DNA of 57,066 nt. It comes from Patescibacteria group bacterium. GTDB taxonomy: Bacteria; Patescibacteriota; Minisyncoccia; 2-02-FULL-40-12. Positions 8,618 to 17,330 of this stretch are shown here, piece by piece. Every line of letters starts with the position of its first letter. Position 1 is the stretch's first letter. The notes under the pieces are model-generated. The model saw only the letters and a program-made list of their open reading frames with translations. It was not told the DNA's origin and did not search any database. Where the stretch lies: the NCBI GenBank assembly GCA_038062015.1, contig JBBTXZ010000004.1, positions 1-57,066 on the forward strand, in the 5' to 3' direction. Both the position numbers and the translations under genes were made by a program.

Positions 8618-8646
8618 ATTATACACCCATATTGAAACTTTGTCAA
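8618..8646 (-). promoter_or_regulatory. perfect consensus sigma70 promoter driving cassette b
   Basis: The minus strand reads TTGACA-aagtttcaatatgggtg(17)-TATAAT. The -35 element overlaps the stop codon of the upstream M23 gene. Confidence 0.7.
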
Positions 8647-9791
8647 ATCCGAGCGTAAGGATTCCTCGCTCCGTGAACCTCGAAATGCAGATGGCAGCCG
8701 GTGGAGCGGCCAGTGGAACCCATTAAACCGATAAGTTGGCCCCGAGAAATAAATTCGCCGCTTGAAACAAAAAGCCGCGACAAGTGGGCGTATAAAGTGT
8801 AAATTTCGTTGCCGTGGGAAATCTTGACGTACTTCCCTGCCCCGCCGTTCCAACCGCTTTGTCTGGCCGCAATAACCGAACCTTCAGCCGCAGAGTAAAC
8901 CGGCGTACCACAGATACTGGCCACATCAACTCCATTCCGGCCGTGGATCCGGCCCCAGTTATGCCCTTGAGCCGGCAAAAAGAAAAATCCGCCCAAATCA
9001 GGTAAACGGGCAAAACGAACATTGGAAGTATAGGCAATGTACTGGCCGGCAATCTGAATTTTCCCGTCAGGCACGATTATCTCCTGGCCAAGCTGCAAAG
9101 AACCGTCTTTAGGCAAACCATTAAACTCAAATATTTTATCTTCTTGAGCTGAATACTTCTTAGCGATTGACTGAATGCTATCGCTCTGCTTAACAATATG
9201 AATAACCCCGGAAACAGGAGGAATTTTTAATTCTTGACCCGGGCTTAAATAATCGCTATTCTTTAAATTGTTGGCCCAGATCAGGGAATTAGCGCTGATG
9301 CCGAAATCATTAGCCACTTGGCCCAAGGTGTCGCCGGGCTGGACAGTGTAACTCACAATCTGGTTCCGCTGGCCGTTATCAAAAATGGAGGTCAATGATT
9401 GATAAGGCAGGAATGATTCCTGAAAAACATTACGCGACGAATCAGTCTTGTCTTGGCTGACTGAAAGTGTTTGGCTTAGAAAAAAATCTCCATCGGCCGG
9501 CTCGGTATTTAAATTGATGAGAGCGGAAGTTTCTTCAATATAATCTTCCACTGCCAGACTTAAAACAGTGCCTTGGCCTTGGCCGGAAGTAGTTTTGAAA
9601 GAAAATAAAATAATGACCGAAGTTATCAAAATAAACAGAACCAGCCGGTCATTTTCAACATAAGATTTGTATTTGGCGAGATTTTTTTTAAAAAATCCAA
9701 AAAATGCGATTACTTCGGGATTTAAAAACATATACATATAGATAAGAATCAATATAATTAGTTCGCTCGGATGAACTGAAATAACTTTCAA
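8643..9791 (-). CDS. LysM-domain M23 family metallopeptidase (cell-wall hydrolase)
   Basis: N-terminal TM. Two LysM repeats (YTVQPGDTLGQVANDFGIS; HIVKQSDSIQSIAKKY). M23 motifs HGRNGVDVA and GCHLHFEV. The start (TTG at 9791) is uncertain. Confidence 0.85.
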   Translation of the reverse strand: MKVISVHPSELIILILIYMYMFLNPEVIAFFGFFKKNLAKYKSYVENDRLVLFILITSVIILFSFKTTSGQGQGTVLSLAVEDYIEETSALINLNTEPADGDFFLSQTLSVSQDKTDSSRNVFQESFLPYQSLTSIFDNGQRNQIVSYTVQPGDTLGQVANDFGISANSLIWANNLKNSDYLSPGQELKIPPVSGVIHIVKQSDSIQSIAKKYSAQEDKIFEFNGLPKDGSLQLGQEIIVPDGKIQIAGQYIAYTSNVRFARLPDLGGFFFLPAQGHNWGRIHGRNGVDVASICGTPVYSAAEGSVIAARQSGWNGGAGKYVKISHGNEIYTLYAHLSRLFVSSGEFISRGQLIGLMGSTGRSTGCHLHFEVHGARNPYARI

Positions 9792-9890
9792 TCATCCTCG
9801 CTCACAATTATAAAAATCCTCTTCCGAGGACTACAAATATTGTAGGAAAAATAAATCTAATGTCAAATTAAGATATCAACAATTGAACAT

Positions 9891-10043
9891 ATGACCGTTC
9901 CAAGAAAACACACCACCAAGAGTAGCCAAGGCCAAAGAAGACAGCACTTAAAGCTTAAAAGGCTTAATCTTTTGCCCTGCCCCAAATGCGGCAATCTAAA
10001 AATGTCTCATAAAATGTGTAAAAGCTGCGGATTCTATAAATAA
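9891..10043 (+). CDS. rpmF: 50S ribosomal protein L32
   Basis: 50 aa, [19 protein letters not shown]...CPKCGN...CKSCG. Too short for the supplied ORF track; translated by hand. Confidence 0.85.
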   Translation: MTVPRKHTTKSSQGQRRQHLKLKRLNLLPCPKCGNLKMSHKMCKSCGFYK

Positions 10044-10480
10044 TGGCTTCAAGACACCTTGCCCGTTCAATTGCAATTCAATCCCTTTACGAATGGGACT
10101 TTAAAAACTGCGACTCCGGCTCTCTGCCTGAAATCATCCAAAGGAACATCAAAGAATTCGGGCCGGGGCTTAAAGAAGAAAAATTCGTGGACAGTTTAAT
10201 CAAAGGGGTGGTAGAGCATAAAAGAGAGCTCGACAACATAATCGAGAAAGCGGCGCCAATGTGGCCGATTAACCAGATTGATATGATTGACCGGAATGTT
10301 TTAAGATTGGGGCTTTACGAGCTTTTATATGAAGACAAAAATGAAGTGCCTCCTAAAGTAGCGATCAACGAAGCCATTGAACTGGCTAAAAGTTTCGGCG
10401 GTGAAACTTCCGGCAAATTCATAAACGGCGTTTTGGGAACGGTTTTTAGAGAAATGGAAAAGAAAAATGGAGATAAATAA
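10043..10480 (+). CDS. nusB: transcription antitermination factor NusB
   Basis: [14 protein letters not shown] ... INEAIELAK ... FINGVL. Confidence 0.9.
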   Translation: MASRHLARSIAIQSLYEWDFKNCDSGSLPEIIQRNIKEFGPGLKEEKFVDSLIKGVVEHKRELDNIIEKAAPMWPINQIDMIDRNVLRLGLYELLYEDKNEVPPKVAINEAIELAKSFGGETSGKFINGVLGTVFREMEKKNGDK

Positions 10481-11162
10481 ACTTCAAGAGCTTGAGCGAA
10501 AATTAGGCGTACACTTCCATAATCATGATCTGTTGCTCGAAGCCCTGACTCACCGTTCTTACTTAAATGAACGGCCTGACTGGCGCTTGAATCACAACGA
10601 ACGGCTGGAATTTCTGGGCGATGCGGTTTTAGAATTGATTGTCACAGAGCGCCTTTTCAAAGACCACAACGAACCGGAAGGAGTTTTAACTTCCTGGCGG
10701 GCGGCTTTAGTCAACTCATCAATGCTGGCTGAAATCTCCAAAAAACTGAACTTAAACGAATATGCCCTTTTGTCGCAAGGAGAAAGAAAAGACAATGGCC
10801 GGGCGAGACAATATATTTTAGCCAATGCCCTGGAAGCGATAATTGGAGCAATCTATCTTGACCAAGGCTACGAAGAAACAAAAAAATTCATTGAAAAAAA
10901 CATTCTTGTCGAATTTGAAAGAATCATAGACCAAAAATTGTATAAAGACGCTAAATCGCTTTTTCAGGAAAAAGCCCAGGAAAGGGAAGGAGTCACGCCT
11001 TCATACAAAGTTTTGGACCAGTGGGGGCCGGATCACGACAAAACTTTCAAAGTCGGAATTTATTTAAATGACGAATTGGCCGGCGTGGGCTTCGGCCCCT
11101 CAAAACAGGAAGCCCAGCAAAAAGCGGCCGAAGACGCTCTTCACAAAAAAGAATGGGAATGA
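10467..11162 (+). CDS. rnc: ribonuclease III
   Basis: Signature [11 protein letters not shown] plus a C-terminal dsRBD ([10 protein letters not shown]...[10 protein letters not shown]). Confidence 0.95.
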   Translation: MEINKLQELERKLGVHFHNHDLLLEALTHRSYLNERPDWRLNHNERLEFLGDAVLELIVTERLFKDHNEPEGVLTSWRAALVNSSMLAEISKKLNLNEYALLSQGERKDNGRARQYILANALEAIIGAIYLDQGYEETKKFIEKNILVEFERIIDQKLYKDAKSLFQEKAQEREGVTPSYKVLDQWGPDHDKTFKVGIYLNDELAGVGFGPSKQEAQQKAAEDALHKKEWE

Positions 11163-11173
11163 TATTATTTTAA

Positions 11174-11530
11174 ATGATGGCTGAAAAAAATACTGATCAG
11201 GAATTCGTTGAACATATCGTCAAGTCTTTAGTCAATCACCCTGATGATGTCATAGTTGAAAGAAAAATTGATGAAATGGGGGTCCTTTTAACTCTCAAAG
11301 TCAATCCGGCTGATATGGCTTTAGTGATAGGGAAAAATGGTTCAACTGCCAGAGCGATAAGAACTTTAGTCTGGATAATCGGCTTAAGAAACCGCGCCCG
11401 GGTCAATTTCAAAATTGAAGAACCGGAAGGCTCGACCCGTTCGGCTATCGCTCAGGGTGGTGAGCAAGGTCGAACCATGAGGATGAAAAGGGGCGAGATG
11501 GAATCAGTCGTTGACGAACTGAAATCATAA
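11174..11530 (+). CDS. KH-domain RNA-binding protein (YlqC/KhpA-like) with GC-rich C-terminal extension
   Basis: VIGKNGSTARAIRTLV KH core. The tail from about aa 85 is encoded by a GC-rich element (11429-11478). Confidence 0.8.
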   Translation: MMAEKNTDQEFVEHIVKSLVNHPDDVIVERKIDEMGVLLTLKVNPADMALVIGKNGSTARAIRTLVWIIGLRNRARVNFKIEEPEGSTRSAIAQGGEQGRTMRMKRGEMESVVDELKS

Positions 11531-12177
11531 AGTTTGACGTAGTTACAATTTTCCCGGAAATTTTTGACTCTTTCCTCAAAGAGTCGCTTTTACATAAGGC
11601 TCAAGAGAAAAAAATAATCCAGGTGAAAATCCATAATCTCCGAAATTGGGCAGAAGGCAAACATCAGGTAGTAGATGACTCCCCTTACGGCGGCGGCCCG
11701 GGAATGGTTTTAAAGATTGAACCGATTTTTAAAGCAATAAGAGAAGTTAGAAGTAAGAAGTTAGAAGAAAAAAAGAGAACAAAAATAATTTTTCTTTCGC
11801 CCAGAGGGAAAAAGTTTATCCAAAAAATAGCTCAAAGATGGGCCAAAGAATTAAAACAATTGGTCATAATCTCCGGACGCTATGAAGGAATTGATGAAAG
11901 AGTTAAAAAACTAGCTGATGAAACAATTTCGGTCGGCGATTTTATCACTCTTGGCGGCGAAGTCCCGGCCATGGCTATAATTGAAGCCATGGCAAGATTG
12001 ATTCCCGGGGTAGTCGGCAAAAAAGCCTCAATTGAAAAACTGGATTTTCCTCAATACACCAGACCGGAAATCTTTTCACCTCAAAAATCAGCTAAATGGG
12101 CGGTGCCCAGGGTCTTAGTTTCTGGCAATCATAAAAAAATCTCTGAATGGAGAAAAAAACACTCGAAAAAGATTTAG
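11527..12177 (+). CDS. trmD: tRNA (guanine37-N1)-methyltransferase; start codon unresolved
   Basis: KFDVVTIFPEIF... conserved TrmD N-terminus begins at 11530. The frame has a stop at 11512. No ATG, GTG or TTG occurs before the conserved residues; only ATC, ATA and ATT codons are available. Confidence 0.85.
   Translation: MKFDVVTIFPEIFDSFLKESLLHKAQEKKIIQVKIHNLRNWAEGKHQVVDDSPYGGGPGMVLKIEPIFKAIREVRSKKLEEKKRTKIIFLSPRGKKFIQKIAQRWAKELKQLVIISGRYEGIDERVKKLADETISVGDFITLGGEVPAMAIIEAMARLIPGVVGKKASIEKLDFPQYTRPEIFSPQKSAKWAVPRVLVSGNHKKISEWRKKHSKKI
11742..11769. repeat. heptamer tandem array AGAAGTT/AGAAGTA/AGAAGTT/AGAAGAA inside trmD
   Basis: Read directly. Confidence 0.8.
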
Positions 12178-12182
12178 CCTCG

Positions 12183-12551
12183 ATGAGCACTAAAGAGATT
12201 GGATTTCTGGCTGAAGGAATCGCCCGGCATTATTTAATTAAGAAAGATTATAAAATTTTAGCGGCGAATTACAAAATGAGTTTTGGCGAAATTGATATTA
12301 TCGCTCAAAAAGACAGCACTGTAATTTTCGCTGAAGTAAAAGCCAATAAAGATGTTGCTCCTGAATTTTCACCTGAAATAAGAGTTGATTACAAAAAGAA
12401 AAATAAACTGATAAATCTGGCGACGGCTTATATGTTAAATCGGGAAATGGCCGACTTAGACTGGCAGATAGACATAATTTCGGTTATTTTTGACTCGGAA
12501 AATAAAAAAGCTCACATCAAACATTTCAAAAATGCCGTCAATAGTTACTAA
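12183..12551 (+). CDS. yraN: YraN-family (UPF0102) endonuclease-like protein
   Basis: GFLAEGIARHYL...GEIDIIA...FAEVKA. Confidence 0.8.
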   Translation: MSTKEIGFLAEGIARHYLIKKDYKILAANYKMSFGEIDIIAQKDSTVIFAEVKANKDVAPEFSPEIRVDYKKKNKLINLATAYMLNREMADLDWQIDIISVIFDSENKKAHIKHFKNAVNSY

Positions 12552-12993
12552 AAGCGCAAAAGAAACTAAACAAATTGCCGCGAAACTGGCGGGGAGGCTA
12601 ATTAAGAAAAGAAATCGCGGAGCCTTAGTCGTAGCTCTTGAAGGAGAACTTGGCGCCGGGAAGACAACTTTCATCAAAGGATTTTCAAAAGCTCTGGGTA
12701 TTCGCGAAAAAATCCTAAGCCCGACATTTGTTTTAATCCATAAACACAAAATAATTAATAACAAAAAACGAATAAAGAATAAAGAATTCAAAAATCTTTA
12801 TCATATAGATTGTTATCGACTAAAATCCGGAAAAGATTTATTAAAACTCGGGATTAAAGAAATTTTCGCCAATCCGGAAAACATTGTCTTAATCGAGTGG
12901 GCCGACAGAGCAAAAAAGATTGTGCCTAAAAATGCGATTTGGATTTATTTTAGTCACTTGGAAAAAAATACAAGAAGAATAACAATAAAATAA
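12532..12993 (+). CDS. tsaE: tRNA t6A37 biosynthesis ATPase TsaE
   Basis: LEGELGAGKTTFIKG ... SPTFVLIH ... YHIDCYRL. Confidence 0.85.
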   Translation: MPSIVTKSAKETKQIAAKLAGRLIKKRNRGALVVALEGELGAGKTTFIKGFSKALGIREKILSPTFVLIHKHKIINNKKRIKNKEFKNLYHIDCYRLKSGKDLLKLGIKEIFANPENIVLIEWADRAKKIVPKNAIWIYFSHLEKNTRRITIK

Positions 12994-15413
12994 TGAAAAC
13001 TCTCGTTTTAATCGACGCGAATGCCTTAATCCACCGGTCATTTCATGCTTTGCCGCCGCTTAAAGCTCCAAGCGGCTTGATAACCAATGCGATTTTCGGA
13101 TTTTCTTCAACTCTACTCAAAATGCTCAAAGACCTTAAACCTGATTATATTGCCGCCGCTTATGACTTAGCCGGCCCGACTTTCCGCCACGAAGCTTTTA
13201 AAGAATATAAAATCCACCGAGCCAAAGCGCCGGACGAACTTTATAGCCAAATCCCCTACACCAAAAAAGTTCTTGAGGGTTTTGGTATCCCGCCTTTAAC
13301 CAAACAAGGCTTTGAGGCCGATGATATTATCGCTACCTTGACTGAAAAATTCGAAAAGGAAAAAGATATAAAAATAATAATCGTCACCGGCGACTTGGAC
13401 GCGCTCCAGCTCGTGAAAAATAAAAAAATTCTGGTTTACACAATGAAAAAAGGCTTAAGCGATACAATGATTTATGACGAAAACGCAGTTCAAGAAAGAT
13501 ATGGTTTGAAACCAGAGCAATTAACCGACTATAGAGGACTCAAGGGTGATCCGTCAGACAATATTCCGGGCGTACCGGGTGTCGGCGATAAGACCGCCTC
13601 GGAGCTTTTAAAAGAATATGGCACGATTGAACAACTCTACAAAGACTTAAAATCAAAAATCAAAAATCCCGCCAGAGGCGAGGCTCGCCCGAGGCGGCAA
13701 AAAACAAAATTATTAAAAGAAGGTTTGGTAAAAAAGCTGTTGGACCACGAGGAGCAAGCCTTATTTTCAAAACATCTGGCTATGATGATAAAAGATCTGG
13801 ATATTGATATTGATTTTAAAAAGGCTGATTGGAAAAATAATTTTAACCGCCCGGCTTTGGAAAAAGTTTTCAGAGAGTTGAACTTCACAAGTTTAATTTC
13901 CCGAATACCAGAAGTAAAAGTTAAAAATGAGAAATTAGAAATCAGAAAAGAAGAGAAAAAAGAAACTAAAAATACTATCACTCCAGAAGATTCAGAAAAT
14001 CTAGTCAAAAAAATTCAGATTGCGGCCTGGCTTTTGAATTCGGAGCTGAAAGAACCGACTCTGGAAGAAGTATATTTCAATGAATTTGGCAAAATGATTC
14101 CAAGTGAAAACACAGAATTAAACATTGCCAAACTCTATGAAATTTTAATAAGTAAACTCAAAGATGCCGAGCTTCTTAAAGTTTTGGAAGAAATTGAGGC
14201 TCCCATAATTCCAATTTTAGCCGAAATGGAATCGAATGGTTTTAAAATAGATGAAAAACAGATTAAAAAACTGGCTGATTTTAGCAAAAAAGAAATCAAA
14301 GAACTGGAAGAGAAAATTTTCAAGCTAGCCGGAATTAGATTCAATATCAGCTCAACCCGGCAGTTAAGCGAAATATTGTTTAACCGACTAAAAATTATTG
14401 GCCGAATAAGAAAAACACCTAAAGGAAAATTATCCACCCGGGCAACTGAACTTGAAAAACTTATTGAAGCCCACCCGATTATTCCTTTAATCCTAAATTA
14501 CCGAGAGCTTCAAAAACTTAAAACAACCTACATCGACCCCTTTCCAAAATTAATTAACCCAAAAGATAACCGGCTTCACACCACTTTTATTCAAACCGGA
14601 ACCGTGACCGGCCGCTTGGCCAGTCAAAATCCGAATCTACAGAACATCCCGATAAAAACCGAATTGGGCCAAGAGTTCAGAAAAGTTTTTATCGCAGAAA
14701 AAGGATACAAACTAATTTCGCTTGATTTTTCTCAGATTGACTTAAGGATTGCCGCCCATATTGCTCAAGACGAAAAAATGATTAACTTCTTTAAAAAAGG
14801 AGAAGACATCCACTTAAGAACTGCGGCTGAAGTTTTTGATATTTCACCGGAAAACGTAACCCCAAGAATGAGGCGGGAAGCCAAGGCCTTGAATTTCGGC
14901 ATAATCTACGGTATGGGACCGCAGGGATTCGCCCGCTCGGCCGGAATCAAGCAGGCTGAAGCCAAGAAGTTTATCGAAAAATATTTTGAAGAATTTCCGA
15001 AAATCGCCGAATATATGGCCGAAATGAGAAACGAAGCCCACGAAAAAGGAGTGATTAAGAACTTACTGGGGAGAAGAAGACAGTTAACTGAAATTTACTC
15101 TTCTATTCCGGAAATGGTCAGGCAAGCCGAGAGAATGGCCATAAACTTTCCGATTCAAAGTATGACCAGCGACATAACGAAAATGGCAATGATTAAAATT
15201 CAGGAGTATATTCATAAAAATTATGAAAAAGAGGAAATTAAAATGCTGCTTCAGGTCCACGATGAAATTGTTTTAGAAGCCAAAGAAAATATAGCCGAAA
15301 AGATAGGCGAAGAATTAAAGAAAATTATGGAAGGCGTGTATAAGCTTGACGCGCCGTTGGTTGCTGAAGCAAAAATCGGGGATAATTGGCGCGATCTTAA
15401 ACCAATAAATTGA
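12993..15413 (+). CDS. polA: DNA polymerase I
   Basis: 5' nuclease domain (LIDANALIHRSFHA; GDPSDNIPGVPGVG) and family A polymerase motifs (DFSQIDLRIAAH; QVHDEIV). Confidence 0.95.
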   Translation: MKTLVLIDANALIHRSFHALPPLKAPSGLITNAIFGFSSTLLKMLKDLKPDYIAAAYDLAGPTFRHEAFKEYKIHRAKAPDELYSQIPYTKKVLEGFGIPPLTKQGFEADDIIATLTEKFEKEKDIKIIIVTGDLDALQLVKNKKILVYTMKKGLSDTMIYDENAVQERYGLKPEQLTDYRGLKGDPSDNIPGVPGVGDKTASELLKEYGTIEQLYKDLKSKIKNPARGEARPRRQKTKLLKEGLVKKLLDHEEQALFSKHLAMMIKDLDIDIDFKKADWKNNFNRPALEKVFRELNFTSLISRIPEVKVKNEKLEIRKEEKKETKNTITPEDSENLVKKIQIAAWLLNSELKEPTLEEVYFNEFGKMIPSENTELNIAKLYEILISKLKDAELLKVLEEIEAPIIPILAEMESNGFKIDEKQIKKLADFSKKEIKELEEKIFKLAGIRFNISSTRQLSEILFNRLKIIGRIRKTPKGKLSTRATELEKLIEAHPIIPLILNYRELQKLKTTYIDPFPKLINPKDNRLHTTFIQTGTVTGRLASQNPNLQNIPIKTELGQEFRKVFIAEKGYKLISLDFSQIDLRIAAHIAQDEKMINFFKKGEDIHLRTAAEVFDISPENVTPRMRREAKALNFGIIYGMGPQGFARSAGIKQAEAKKFIEKYFEEFPKIAEYMAEMRNEAHEKGVIKNLLGRRRQLTEIYSSIPEMVRQAERMAINFPIQSMTSDITKMAMIKIQEYIHKNYEKEEIKMLLQVHDEIVLEAKENIAEKIGEELKKIMEGVYKLDAPLVAEAKIGDNWRDLKPIN

Positions 15414-15414
15414 C

Positions 15415-16311
15415 ATGCCGGAATTGCCTGAAGTTGAAACAATCGCCAAAGAACTAAAAAAGAAAATTGTCGGCCTAAAAATAACTGATGTTTGGACTGA
15501 TCGAGAAAAGCCGTTTAGGCAAAGTGGTGGACTTAAAAAATTCTTAAAAGAAATTAAGAATAGGAAAATCGTTGATGTTCGCCGGAGAGCTAAGTTTGTA
15601 ATTATAAATATAGAAGGACCTAAAAGTATTTTTATCCATCAAAAAATCTCTGGGCATCTGCTATACGGACGCTGGAAACTTGAAGCTGGAAACTGGAAAG
15701 CTGAAAAAGCTGGGCCGCTTCGAGACGATCGACAAAATAAATATCTGCGGATAATTTTCTTCTTGAATAATGGCTATCAGTTGGCTTTATCGGATTTAAG
15801 ACGTTTTGGAAAAGTTATGCTGATTGGCGACAGAGAAATTGAAAACCTGAAAGAATTAAAAAAATTAGGGCCGGAGCCGCTGGAAATAAGCTTCAGCCAG
15901 TTTAAAAAACTGTTTGACCCTTCGACAAAGCTCAGGGCAAGAAAAAAAGGCCGGCTAAAACCGGTTTTAATGGATCCTTATTTCATCGCCGGAATCGGCA
16001 ATATTTACTCTGACGAAATCCTCTGGAACGCCGGGTATCATCCTTTAACGCGAGTTGAAAAATTAAAGGAAAATGATTTAAAAAAGATTTTTAATTCAAT
16101 GATAAAAGTTTTGAGTAAAGCGATTAAATATCAGGGTGATAGCATGGATGATTACCGGCTGCCGTCAGGAGAGAAGGGGCATTATCAGGAAATCCAGAAT
16201 GCTTACCAGCAGACTGGAAAAAAATGCAAAAAAGGAGATGGCGGCATAATTCAAAGAATTAAGATTGGAGGTCGTTCCGCCCATTTTTGTCCGAAGCATC
16301 AAAAGTTATAA
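15415..16311 (+). CDS. mutM: formamidopyrimidine-DNA glycosylase
   Basis: MPELPEVE N-terminus, H2TH, C-terminal zinc finger CKKGDG...GRSAHFCPKHQ. Confidence 0.92.
   Translation: MPELPEVETIAKELKKKIVGLKITDVWTDREKPFRQSGGLKKFLKEIKNRKIVDVRRRAKFVIINIEGPKSIFIHQKISGHLLYGRWKLEAGNWKAEKAGPLRDDRQNKYLRIIFFLNNGYQLALSDLRRFGKVMLIGDREIENLKELKKLGPEPLEISFSQFKKLFDPSTKLRARKKGRLKPVLMDPYFIAGIGNIYSDEILWNAGYHPLTRVEKLKENDLKKIFNSMIKVLSKAIKYQGDSMDDYRLPSGEKGHYQEIQNAYQQTGKKCKKGDGGIIQRIKIGGRSAHFCPKHQKL
15671..15712. repeat. heptamer tandem array GCTGGAA/ACTTGAA/GCTGGAA/ACTGGAA/AGCTGAA/AAAGCTG inside mutM
   Basis: Read directly. Encodes WKLEAGNWKAEKAG. Confidence 0.8.
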
Positions 16312-16537
16312 TCCTATCTTTAAGTTTTTCAGTATTACCCCATTTCAATAATCCCAGATAAGAATTAAGAATTTCGGAAGTTGGCGATTCTTTCAATTTT
16401 TTAAACATCCTCCTCTTGGTGGTAGTTCTTAAAACTAGATGGTCCGGGAAATGAATCCAACCTAAGAAATCAATTCCTGAAGCAAGAGTTTTCTCTCGCC
16501 ACTGTATCGTATTTGGAGTTTTTAAACTCTCCAACAT
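16312..16537 (-). pseudogene. C-terminal remnant of a DGR-type / group II-like reverse transcriptase
   Basis: GIDFLGWIHFPDHLVLRTTTKRRMFKKL...SYLGLLKWGNT resembles the thumb-proximal end of DGR reverse transcriptases. No room or ORF exists for fingers/palm (YxDD) upstream. The ORF tail runs antisense into mutM. Confidence 0.6.
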
Positions 16538-16630
16538 ATTGCACCAAGTAGCTTATTTTTTTATTTTACGGAATTGGGCCGTCTGAAACCTTAGTCGCAG
16601 ACCAATTGGCCTACTATCCTGTTTCTATTG

Positions 16631-16669
16631 TAACAAAAATGCCCGAGAAGTTTAACAAACTTCTCGGGC
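16631..16669 (-). terminator. Rho-independent terminator of cassette c
   Basis: GCCCGAGAAG-tttgttaaa-CTTCTCGGGC, then ATTTTTGTT on the minus strand. Confidence 0.75.
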
Positions 16670-16709
16670 AGAAACAAAGGGATCCAAGGACCAAGTGTCC
16701 AAGGGCCTA

Positions 16710-17258
16710 CTACTTGCCAGGAGCCGCGAGACGATAGTCGCGATGGAAATCGCTGTCAAGCCAGCTGAAGCCCAGAGCCCACCGGTCGCCGCCCCAGTCG
16801 AGGCACGGCACAATCCGGTCGCCGTCGCGGTACTGCCAGATAGTGGCCGTGAAGATCAGTACAAAGTTTCGGAGCTCGGTCGGAATATTGTCCTGGTTCT
16901 CCAACAGCCATTCGGCGTCTTCTTGGCCAAGGTTAGCATCAAGAGACGGTATACGGGACCGACGCACCGTCTCTTCGCCGTTCACGTTGTCCTCGCCGTC
17001 CTTGTGGAACGGGATGCCGATGATGGCGCCGGAGATGCGACGCGGCTGGTTCTCCAAAAGCATCAAACCATCTTTCCGCTTGTCATGGCGGAAGTTGCCG
17101 AAAACTGATCCAAAGCGACCCTCAATGGCTGCCTGAAGATGCGCTTTGAGCTGAAAAGCATCGAACGGATAACCGTTTAACTGCCTCAACTGGCGACCGA
17201 TCTCGAATAACTGTCCCGTGATGCTTTCGTACAGATCGCCTGCGACCATATTGGCCAT
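16710..17258 (-). CDS. hypothetical 182-aa protein in GC-rich cassette c
   Basis: AAGGAGAATCGTC precedes the ATG. Sampled lines give 58-67% G+C. Has its own terminator. The sequence looks globular (repeated LLENQ; C-terminal WQYRDGDRIVPCLDWGGDRWALGFSWLD). No family recognised. Confidence 0.6.
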   Translation of the reverse strand: MANMVAGDLYESITGQLFEIGRQLRQLNGYPFDAFQLKAHLQAAIEGRFGSVFGNFRHDKRKDGLMLLENQPRRISGAIIGIPFHKDGEDNVNGEETVRRSRIPSLDANLGQEDAEWLLENQDNIPTELRNFVLIFTATIWQYRDGDRIVPCLDWGGDRWALGFSWLDSDFHRDYRLAAPGK

Positions 17259-17283
17259 GACGATTCTCCTTGTGTTGGCTGCG

Positions 17284-17330
17284 TCAATGCAGCGATTTGA
17301 CTATTTTCTGTAGCCAAATCGCTGCATTGA
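17284..17330 (-). promoter_or_regulatory. 16-bp perfect-stem hairpin in the leader of cassette c
   Basis: TCAATGCAGCGATTTG (17284-17299) pairs with CAAATCGCTGCATTGA (17315-17330), 26 nt upstream of the start codon. Confidence 0.5.

Noticed and set aside
16695-17136. Plus-strand ORFs 16695..17108 and 16843..17136, antisense to the 182-aa gene.
   Set aside because: These are antisense open frames typical of GC-rich coding DNA, with no SD. The terminator orientation supports the minus-strand gene.
16312-17258. An intact diversity-generating retroelement (target gene + TR + RT).
   Set aside because: The RT is reduced to its C-terminal ~75 aa. No Avd ORF is present, and I saw no template repeat resembling the 3' end of any nearby gene. 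A computational TR/VR search is still advisable.
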